Shown here one piece after another: positions 16,661 through 23,691 of a DNA stretch of 24,000 bases. Position numbers and translations under genes: made by a program. The notes below the pieces were generated by a model that was not told the origin of the DNA, searched no databases, and saw nothing but the letters and a program-made list of their open reading frames with translations. Numbering within the stretch: position 1 is the first letter of the stretch; each line of letters starts with the position of its first letter. The stretch comes from Shewanella sp. KX20019 (GTDB lineage: Bacteria; Pseudomonadota; Gammaproteobacteria; Enterobacterales; Shewanellaceae). Location: the NCBI RefSeq assembly GCF_016757755.1, contig NZ_CP068437.1:761588-785587 (forward strand), written 5' to 3'.

Positions 16661-16696
16661 TAATTCAATTCCTTTTATTTGGTATCTAGTTTTGTA

Positions 16697-16801
16697 TTAG
16701 TCTTGTCCGCGGTCGCCGCAATGGTTACTGATCGTGCTCCATTCCATTAATTCAGCATCAGAAGAGGCAGCAAGTGTTTGTAGATTTAGTATGTTATTCA
16801 T
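16697..16801 (-). CDS. lanA2: Class III lanthipeptide precursor A2: MNNILNLQTLAASSDAELMEWSTISNHCGDRGQD (34 aa)
   Basis: Hand-translated; not in the ORF track. AAGGAA SD. Leader ILNLQTL and core STISNHC. Confidence 0.8.
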   Translation of the reverse strand: MNNILNLQTLAASSDAELMEWSTISNHCGDRGQD

Positions 16802-16837
16802 TATTTTAATTCCTTTTGTTTGGTATCTAGTTTTGTA

Positions 16838-16942
16838 TTAGTCTTGTCCGCGGTCGCCGCAATGGTTACTGATCGTGCTCCATTCCATTAGTTCAGTATC
16901 AGCAGAGGCAGCAAGTGTTTGTAGGTTTAGTATATTGTTCAT
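16838..16942 (-). CDS. lanA1: Class III lanthipeptide precursor A1: MNNILNLQTLAASADTELMEWSTISNHCGDRGQD (34 aa; an in-frame ATG at 16945 would add one Met)
   Basis: Hand-translated; not in the ORF track. AAGGAA SD. Leader ILNLQTL and core STISNHC. It is the first gene of the operon. Confidence 0.8.
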   Translation of the reverse strand: MNNILNLQTLAASADTELMEWSTISNHCGDRGQD

Positions 16943-17013
16943 CATTTAAATTCCTTTTGTTTTGATTGTCTGTTTGACAGAGTAAAGACTATTTGAAATT
17001 TAGTTTTTAGAAA

Positions 17014-17033
17014 AGCTGTAACAATTAACAGGG
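17014..17033 (-). promoter_or_regulatory. Candidate lux-box-like dyad upstream of the precursor array
   Basis: The minus strand reads CCCTGTTAATTGTTACAGCT, a CTG-N10-CAG dyad with CCTGT/ACAG arms. It matches 12/20 positions of the V. fischeri lux box. A TAGTCT -10-like hexamer at 16991-16986 would place the dyad centre near -44. Confidence 0.3.
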
Positions 17034-17285
17034 TAGTAATTGTGATTAGTTACACTAAATGCTTTAAATTGTTTTTAGTTTTGTAATAAAGGTCGCTGGC
17101 TAGGTTCAGGATTTGTTTAAAATAAACAAATTAATGGTTGTGTCTAATCTCTATATTCACATATTTAAACTTGCTAATAGTAGTTGCACAACATATTTTA
17201 TTTTCACTTCGTATTTATACAAAGGTACTCATTAATAATTATTAGTGCGACGAGTGAGGCTCCCCCAGGGCAACCGCATGAGTGC

Positions 17286-18328
17286 TTAGTTTTCAACCTC
17301 CGCACTCAAGCCTGCAATTAAAACGCTTTCAAGCATCACTGGATTCATTAAACACCGCTTCTGTTTACCGACAATACTCAGTTTGGTTGGCTCTGAACGC
17401 AACATATTCAACGCCATATGACGTAAACAAGCTAAGTTTTCTGCACCGTTATCTTTATAAATCTGGCAAGCATCCTCATCCATACTGACATCGAGCACCC
17501 AATGCATTGACTCGATACCCCAATGTTCACGTACTGCAGACGCGGCCTGCTTAGCGCTCAATTCCTTTGAACTGATGTAGTAACGATACTCAAGTCCAAC
17601 GGACTTACCCTGTTTGTATCGAAAGCTTTCTATCATGATGATACTTTTTAAGTTCTTCCACCGCGTAAAGTTGCCATCAAGCTCTTGCGCATTTAACACG
17701 GTGCATTGTCGAGACTCAATTCGACCATGTCCTTTTTCAAAGTCTATCTTACCCAATACGGCTAAGCGTGTTGGTTTAAAGGATTTTTCAATGGCTTGTC
17801 GCAACTTGCCTTGATTGCTTTTAACCGCGAGTAAATAGTCACCATCTTGAGCTACAATCGTCCTAGCTATCTTTGTCTGGCAAGCCATAGCATCAATTGT
17901 GACTACAGCTCCGCGTAAATCGAGAATCTTAAGCAGTTCTGGAATAGCAGTGATTTCATTGCCTTTCTGAGCCGTTTTAACCTGACCAAGCACGAGTTTG
18001 TTTGATGAAGTGTAGGCACTTATCATGTGAATGGTACTTGACCTGTCTTCGCGGTTATACGAACCACGAAGTGTTTTCCCATCAATAGCGATCACTTGAC
18101 CTTCTGTCAGAGCATGAATCGATTGCATCCAGGCTAAAAAGCATTGTTGGAATTGCTCTGGTTCAATCCTCGAGAGAATACGAGCAATAGTGTCATCAGC
18201 TGGAATATCGTTTATAAACATGCCATTGCTTTTAAACCATTGATGGTGGTCTAAGATATACTCTCTAATATCAAACCAACCTTTAGCGCCCGCAATAACG
18301 GCGCAAAGGGAACCGAATAAGACCTCAA
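17286..18328 (-). pseudogene. ISAs1-family (H-repeat/YhhI-like) DDE transposase gene, 5'-truncated by an IS3-family insertion
   Basis: The track ORF starts at ATG 18221, but the frame stays open upstream (...FEVLFGSLCAVIAGAKGWFDIREYILDHHQWFKSNG-MFINDIPADDTIARI...) right up to the IS3 IR. It is collinear with E. coli YhhI as recalled (AIDGKTLRGS, ITAIPELL, TIDAMACQ, REHWGIES). About 20-25 N-terminal codons are missing. Confidence 0.75.
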
Positions 18329-19569
18329 AGAGTGGTAAGCCCCTAGAACAGTAGACACTTCATAGAGTTATACTTAACCAAAAATATGAGGTGTTACATG
18401 CGCGGAAAACGATATCCCGATGAGTTCAAAATTGAAGCCGTTAAACAGGTCACTGAACGTGGCTATAAAATAGCAGATGTTGCTGACAGATTAGGGGTTA
18501 CTTCCAAAAGTTTGCACAACTGGATTAACAAGTTTGATAAGCCAGAAAAGCAGCACATCACCATTGATAATCAGCAAGACGAAATACGTAAGCTCAAGGC
18601 GGAGCTTCGCCGTGTAACCGAAGAGCGAAACATCCTAAAGGAGGCCGCCGTGTACTTTGCAAGCGAGTCAAAGAAAAGTACACGTTCATAAAGTCTAGGC
18701 TCAAGCAGTATCCTGTGAAAATCTTATGCGAAATACTTGGAGTCCATCGTAGTGGTTTCTATGCCTGGCTGAAGGAACCTCAGAGTCGAAGAGCGACTGA
18801 AGACAAACGCTTGCTGGGTAAGATTAAACAGTTTTGGCTGGAAAGTGGTTGCGTTTATGGCTATCGAAATATCACCTTGGACCTTAAAGATGATGGTGAA
18901 GTTGTTGGTAAAAACCGTGTATATCGAATCATGAAACAGGCTGAAATTAAAGCTGTACGAGGTTATAAACGCAATCCAACCTTTGGCGGAGGCGATGTTA
19001 ACCATACGGCACCTAATACATTAAATCGAGGCTTTGATGTCGTCAAACCCAATATGATTTGGGTGACCGATTTCACTTATATTCGTACCCATGAAGGCTG
19101 GCTGTATCTCACCGTTGTGATAGACCTTTTTTCAAGACAAGTCGTAGGATGGACGATGAAAAGTACACCGAAGGCAGAGTTAGTTATAGATGCTCTATTG
19201 ATGGCTATATGGAGACGCTCACCTACAGAAAAGGTGCTAATACATTCCGATCAAGGAGTGCAATATACCTGCTCAGATTGGCGTAGTTTTCTAAAAGAGC
19301 ACAACCTTGAAGCCAGTATGAGCCGAAGAGGAAACTGCCATGATAATGCTGTCGCTGAGAGTTTCTTCTCGCTGCTGAAAAAAGACAGGGTTAAGCGAAA
19401 AGTCTATAAAACCAGAGATGAAGCACGCTCAGAAGTATTTAACTATATCGAATATTTCTATAATCCAGTGCGGCATCATGGTAGTAATAATGGACTGTCT
19501 CCGATCAAGTTCGAGAAGCAGTATTATGAAAACCTAGAAAGGTCTAGAAAACTGGGGGCTTACCACTCA
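18329..19569 (+). mobile_element. Intact IS3-family insertion sequence (about 1.24 kb)
   Basis: Imperfect terminal IRs: left (a)gagtggtaagcccctagaacagtagac, and the reverse complement of the right end tgagtggtaagcccccagttttctagac. Between them lie orfA and orfB in the 0/-1 frame arrangement. Boundaries are good to about 1-2 nt, and no clear target duplication was seen. Confidence 0.85.
18386..18691 (+). CDS. IS3-family transposase OrfA (HTH + leucine-zipper region)
   Basis: 101 aa. Motifs are RYPDEFKIEAVKQV, the HTH IADVADRLGVTSKSLHNWI, and the C-terminal ILKEAAVYFASES typical of IS3 OrfA. Confidence 0.9.
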   Translation: MRCYMRGKRYPDEFKIEAVKQVTERGYKIADVADRLGVTSKSLHNWINKFDKPEKQHITIDNQQDEIRKLKAELRRVTEERNILKEAAVYFASESKKSTRS

Positions 19570-19572
19570 TAA
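18715..19572 (+). CDS. IS3-family transposase OrfB (DDE catalytic domain; normally made as an OrfAB fusion by -1 frameshift)
   Basis: It is in the -1 frame relative to orfA, and the frame is open upstream well into orfA. A-rich TCAAAGAAAAG (18668-18678) is a candidate A-AAG-type slippery region. The DDE residues are in WVTDFTYI, IHSDQGVQY and NAVAESFF. The stop codon lies just outside the right IR. Confidence 0.9.
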   Translation: MKILCEILGVHRSGFYAWLKEPQSRRATEDKRLLGKIKQFWLESGCVYGYRNITLDLKDDGEVVGKNRVYRIMKQAEIKAVRGYKRNPTFGGGDVNHTAPNTLNRGFDVVKPNMIWVTDFTYIRTHEGWLYLTVVIDLFSRQVVGWTMKSTPKAELVIDALLMAIWRRSPTEKVLIHSDQGVQYTCSDWRSFLKEHNLEASMSRRGNCHDNAVAESFFSLLKKDRVKRKVYKTRDEARSEVFNYIEYFYNPVRHHGSNNGLSPIKFEKQYYENLERSRKLGAYHS

Positions 19573-19619
19573 CCTTCTGAAGCTACTAATTTTTAGTCGA
19601 TTGAACAAATGAATAACAT

Positions 19620-20345
19620 TCACCTTTCTTTTTTATGCACATCTTTATATGCAAGCATATCAAGCAAGCGTTCCTCTCTTTCTGCTGTAAAACCGCAAGA
19701 GTGTCGCCACTCTTTAGGATTCTCGTATGTGCCAAAAAGCATATCCCACCATACAATGTCACCGTAGTTATTCTTGTGACGCCCTGCCTGATGATGAATT
19801 CTATGCATTTCAGGCCTTTGAAATATATAACCTATCCAATGGGGAGTTTTAACATTTGTATGGTAGAAAAACTCGCCAATAGCGGTGCAAAAGGTATAAA
19901 TAGCGGCGCCTTCAAGGGAGAGTCCTAGTAGGGTATAGACAAGCAAACTGCCTAAAATGGAGTTTACGACCATTTCACCAGGGTGTTTATAGAAAGATGT
20001 AATAACTTCTAATCTTCTAGGGCTGTGGTGAATCTGATGAAACCCGATCCATAACATATCAAATTCGTGGCGCCATCTATGCCACCAGTAAAATACAAAT
20101 GTTGCAATAAAGTAGGCTATCAAGGCGCCTAAAGCCGGTGACGCTATTTCTGATAAATTAAAAACAGACCAAGAGGAAAACCACTGCTCCCATGAAACTC
20201 CTGCCAAAAACACCACTCTAATTTGAACAGCGTTAATTAATAGCACTCGAATAGGCCATGTTCTGATGCTGGGCAGAGGCCAACCAGGGATAGCTCGCTC
20301 CAGAATGAAGCAAGCGCAAAATATGATTAAAATTGTTGAAAGCAT
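19620..20345 (-). CDS. Fatty-acid hydroxylase / sterol desaturase-family membrane di-iron oxygenase
   Basis: Histidine boxes HRWRH, HQIHH and HRIHH occur in a polytopic membrane protein. ATG 20345 (GGGAGAGTAAGG SD) is preferred over the track start at 20402. Confidence 0.75.
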   Translation of the reverse strand: MLSTILIIFCACFILERAIPGWPLPSIRTWPIRVLLINAVQIRVVFLAGVSWEQWFSSWSVFNLSEIASPALGALIAYFIATFVFYWWHRWRHEFDMLWIGFHQIHHSPRRLEVITSFYKHPGEMVVNSILGSLLVYTLLGLSLEGAAIYTFCTAIGEFFYHTNVKTPHWIGYIFQRPEMHRIHHQAGRHKNNYGDIVWWDMLFGTYENPKEWRHSCGFTAEREERLLDMLAYKDVHKKER

Positions 20346-20739
20346 CCTTACTCTCCCATAAATACAATGGTTTGTTGTGGCTTGAATGAATGAAGGTATC
20401 ACTCCTATGTCATTGTAGCAAAGTGGTTTTTGTGATTACCCATGGCCGCGTATTCAAGGCTGATTCAGCTCCTGGTAATATTTGGAATGTACTTCTACTT
20501 ATGAGCGCAGTAGAGTGATGTCCAACTCACTGCTGGCCGTTATAAGCTATTGTGTTGCTGCTGAGGTTTGCACTGTAAATCTAGTCTAGCCAACCTCAAA
20601 CAAACCAACTTTCGCTATAGATTTGTCCGATAACGGACATTCTTTTAATTTGTAAAACCGTACTCTGTTCTGTATCGAAAATACGCTCAGTTGTGTAGCC
20701 AAATTCACGGCTGAGTTTTAAATCTTAACAGGTGATAGA

Positions 20740-21024
20740 GTGAAACAGTTTTTAATGGTCATGCTGAGCTTGCTAGCTTTTAGCTGTGGGGCCAGCTTTG
20801 ATGAAAAAGTAGCGGCTTCGTTTGCGGCTAAATACGAAGTTTGTGCCTTAAAGTTAAAAGATACTCAAGGTTATAAGCTTAAGGCGTTAGGGCTTAAAAT
20901 TAAGGCCGATGAGATTGGCAGGGATAAGGTCAGTGCCGACTACGTTAAAGCCTTTATTAAAGAGAAGAATAAAGCTTGGTTGTTACCCTTGCATAAATGC
21001 AAAAAGTTCGCTGATAGACTTTAG
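20740..21024 (+). CDS. Small secreted protein (signal peptide), unknown function
   Basis: 94 aa with a GTG start and an AGGTGA SD. The N-terminus MKQFLMVMLSLLAFSCGA is signal-peptide-like. The mature part is Lys-rich. Confidence 0.5.
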   Translation: MKQFLMVMLSLLAFSCGASFDEKVAASFAAKYEVCALKLKDTQGYKLKALGLKIKADEIGRDKVSADYVKAFIKEKNKAWLLPLHKCKKFADRL

Positions 21025-21111
21025 TTTTTTGAGCGCTGGTCGCCATTGAAACCATCAATCAACATTGAGGCTGTCTTTAGCCTAACCGTTCTCCGTGGAC
21101 GGTTTTCTTGT

Positions 21112-21903
21112 ATGAATATGAAGCCCTTAATGTGCCATGATAATATTTGGCGGCCGTCGGTAGCACTCTTTCGTAAAGGTATTAATGTGATTGACTCAAA
21201 GCTTTTAAAAGCAATTAATTGGAATACTGAACTATCAGCTGATTTGACTGGGAAACTGTTGTCAATTGCGCAGCTAAAAACGCAGTTAACATCAAGTACA
21301 ATGGATGGTTCAAGCATCGCGCATCAAGGAGCCAGCTTCATAGTGGAAGGCACGGTTACTATTTGCTTGCAAACTCCAAATCTTAAAACCGTCAATAACA
21401 TAGTGATGGGGAAAGGTGATTGGTTTGGTAATTATGACAGCCGTAATAGCCTATATACGCCATTTTTCATTACAGAAATTGATGCTGTCACACTTATCCA
21501 CTTTAGCAACTTCGATCTGCATCGCCTCGCGCAGGATAACCTTGAGATTTACAAATGGTTTCATTCGTTATCGTTAGAATCCAAAGCAAAATGGTTGCAG
21601 TCGCAGCTGATGATGAGCGAAAACAAACTTAAACGTGTGGTATATCTGCTGTTAGAGCTTGCAGCTCATATTCCTCTAATACGAGGTGAGACACCGAAGA
21701 TTGATCTCTCTCAGCAACAGATTAGCCAGATAACCGGAATTGCCCGTCAGCGCGTGAATGAGGTTATCAAGCAATTAGAAAAAGAAAAATTAGTGGAAAT
21801 TAAGCGCAGTTGTATCTACTTAACGAATCTAACAGGACTGGGTAGAGTGCTTGATAAAGTTGATTTGAGTATCCGTGATCCTAGATTGATGATTACTCAT
21901 TGA
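21112..21903 (+). CDS. Crp/Fnr-family transcriptional regulator
   Basis: It has a cNMP-binding-like beta-roll (IAHQGASFIVEGTVTICLQ...GDWFGN) and a C-terminal HTH (LSQQQISQITGIARQRVNEVIKQLEKEKLV). The track start at 21046 overlaps the neighbouring region, so ATG 21112 or 21118 is more plausible. Confidence 0.75.
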   Translation: MNMKPLMCHDNIWRPSVALFRKGINVIDSKLLKAINWNTELSADLTGKLLSIAQLKTQLTSSTMDGSSIAHQGASFIVEGTVTICLQTPNLKTVNNIVMGKGDWFGNYDSRNSLYTPFFITEIDAVTLIHFSNFDLHRLAQDNLEIYKWFHSLSLESKAKWLQSQLMMSENKLKRVVYLLLELAAHIPLIRGETPKIDLSQQQISQITGIARQRVNEVIKQLEKEKLVEIKRSCIYLTNLTGLGRVLDKVDLSIRDPRLMITH

Positions 21904-21906
21904 ATG

Positions 21907-21936
21907 AAAAAACCATCGTCACAATGGTGGTTTTTT
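21907..21936. terminator. Bidirectional rho-independent terminator
   Basis: In aaaaaaccat...atggtggtttttt, the stem ccat/atgg extends with aacc/ggtt. It is flanked by an A-run and a T-run and lies between the convergent Crp-like and pseudouridine synthase genes. Confidence 0.65.
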
Positions 21937-21996
21937 CATCAGATAAAGTATCTATAAATGCAGGTGATAATTCCATTCTAGAGTAACCAAGCGCTA

Positions 21997-22734
21997 TTAA
22001 CTGTTTGCTAGTGTTGTAGCCTGTAGTGAAGATTGCAAATTGGTCAACTCTGCCGCGCTCAAAAGCCTCATCGACCCCTCTGCGAGATCCCCAAGCTGCA
22101 AACTCTGAATCGATACCCGTTTAAGGTCGATAACTTTGTACCCTAATGCCTGTGACATGCGGCGTATTTGTCTATTTAGCCCCTGAGTGAGGATAATTTG
22201 ATAACTATCGTCAGCTAAGCGACTCATTTTGCAGGGTAGGGTGGTGATGTCTTTATAGCTAACACCTGCCGCCATCTGTAGGAGAAAATCATCATTGAAC
22301 ATGCGATCGACCCTTACCTGATAGGTCTTGCTGTGACCATAGTCAGGGTGCATTAGCTGGTGGGTCAGTTCACCATCGTTAGTCAATATCAGCAAGCCGC
22401 GAGAATCCTTGTCGAGCCGACCTACAGGGTAAAGTCGCGGCGATTCAGGCAGTAAATGCAGCAAGCTATTGGGTAGATGAGCAAGCAAACGACTATCAGT
22501 GCCGACGGCTTTATTGAATAACCAATAGGCTTTGGCTTCAACTGCGGCGATTAAGCGACCATTGACGAAGATCTGCTCTTGGCAATGCATGCCATTGGGC
22601 GTGTCGATTATCGTCACTGTATCAATGTGGTTCGCGAGGCGTGCTTCAATCATTACCTGACCATCTCTAATCAAGCGAGTGGCGGCGCGGCGAGAACAGC
22701 AACCGGTTAAGGAGAGATATTTAGCGAGTCTCAT
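21997..22734 (-). CDS. rluF: rRNA pseudouridine synthase, RsuA/RluF family (closest by eye to RluF)
   Basis: The N-terminal S4 domain is MRLAKYLSLTGCCSRRAATRLI. The catalytic motif is GRLDKDSRGLLILTNDG. KTYQVRV and LTQGLNRQIRRM are collinear with E. coli RluF as recalled. Confidence 0.8.
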   Translation of the reverse strand: MRLAKYLSLTGCCSRRAATRLIRDGQVMIEARLANHIDTVTIIDTPNGMHCQEQIFVNGRLIAAVEAKAYWLFNKAVGTDSRLLAHLPNSLLHLLPESPRLYPVGRLDKDSRGLLILTNDGELTHQLMHPDYGHSKTYQVRVDRMFNDDFLLQMAAGVSYKDITTLPCKMSRLADDSYQIILTQGLNRQIRRMSQALGYKVIDLKRVSIQSLQLGDLAEGSMRLLSAAELTNLQSSLQATTLANS

Positions 22735-22742
22735 GGTTGGAA

Positions 22743-23453
22743 TTATTGCTCTCCAGCTAGATAGCGTTGTGACAGTTCTCGGTAGTTTTTAATCGCAATT
22801 TTGCGAATAGTCCACGCAAAAGATAAACACCAAAGCATAACGACATTAGTTTGAATCCACATGGTGATAGCGACCCAACAAGGACTTGTTTCTGGATGTT
22901 CACAAGGAACAAAGTCGAGTGTACTCCAATCAAGCTGCACAACGAGAGCGGATGCGGTAATAAAGCCCAAAATACTTAGTAAAAAGATAGGTCCCTTACA
23001 AATAGAATTTTGACTGAATCGATCGGTGATGCATAGGAAGTACATTAACACGGTACCCAGTAGATATGAGGTTGACACTAGGCGGTGCATATCAAGATAA
23101 TTAACTGGAAACATCCCCATCAATAACACCGACATGCCGACCCAACCACCGATTAAGGACAAATAGTGGCTAAAAAATCCTTGCTTAAGTAAGTAGAGCC
23201 CTAACATGGCTAGCATGATGCATATACCTGTGGTCATTAAGGCGATGTTGAATACAAATGCGAGCTTGGCATTGTTGTAGTCTCCAAGGAGATCAGAGCG
23301 ACGATTAAACACTGCACTACCGATGTTTTGATATTCAGCCCATAGTGAGATAAGTACACCCATTGCGGCGATAAGAGCACCAAAGAAAATAGCCATCACG
23401 ACTAAGCGGTGCAAGTCATATTGCATCGATTGGTACTTAATCTTATCTTCCAT
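22743..23453 (-). CDS. Polytopic membrane protein, unknown function
   Basis: It has about 6-7 hydrophobic helices. It is probably co-transcribed with the pseudouridine synthase gene (8-nt gap). The start is uncertain: ATG 23453 versus GTG 23531. Confidence 0.5.
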   Translation of the reverse strand: MEDKIKYQSMQYDLHRLVVMAIFFGALIAAMGVLISLWAEYQNIGSAVFNRRSDLLGDYNNAKLAFVFNIALMTTGICIMLAMLGLYLLKQGFFSHYLSLIGGWVGMSVLLMGMFPVNYLDMHRLVSTSYLLGTVLMYFLCITDRFSQNSICKGPIFLLSILGFITASALVVQLDWSTLDFVPCEHPETSPCWVAITMWIQTNVVMLWCLSFAWTIRKIAIKNYRELSQRYLAGEQ

Positions 23454-23691
23454 ACTTGTGCACCATAAAAGACTGACCTTGCAGTGTCGCGTAGAGGAGG
23501 CATTATGACAAAAAGCACTGCTTGGATGCACTCTTTTTCAGTCAAACACCCATTGATAATGGCCTAATACTTAACCTGCCTCAATCATTGTGCTTACGCA
23601 AGCTGTTCAATCGATGCTAACGGATAAAAAAATGCGCTTCCCCCAGGATTAATTGGGCCAAAGCGCATATCTCATAGTTAGTTCTAGTGGA

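Larger units (their letters stand above)
16405..16960 (-). repeat. Four tandem units of about 141 bp, each carrying SD plus one precursor-peptide gene
   Basis: Homologous start codons at 16942, 16801, 16660 and 16519 are spaced exactly 141 nt apart. Units 1-3 are near-identical, including their intergenic parts. Unit 4 is more diverged. Confidence 0.95.

Noticed and set aside
16380-16960. Regularly spaced repeats that could at first glance be a CRISPR array
   Set aside because: The units are about 141 bp, near-identical over their whole length with no unique spacers. Each encodes an SD plus a conserved peptide ORF. No cas genes are present.
16969-16981. Small palindrome tctgt-ttg-acaga considered as a LuxR box for the lan operon
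   Set aside because: It has only 5-bp arms and is centred about 30 nt from the lanA1 ATG. That places it inside the likely 5' UTR, not near -42. The dyad at 17014-17033 fits better.
17282-19928. Short ORFs antisense to the IS and hydroxylase genes (17282-17488 +, 17614-17814 +, 18724-19005 -, 19635-19928 +)
   Set aside because: All lie inside well-supported transposase or hydroxylase CDSs on the opposite strand and have no motifs.
21046-21111. N-terminal 22 codons of the Crp/Fnr-like ORF in the track, and the antisense ORF 21021-21317
   Set aside because: The extension starts 22 nt after the preceding gene's stop and covers a hairpin. Crp-family proteins are shorter, so the internal ATG 21112 is more plausible. 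The antisense ORF is a shadow.
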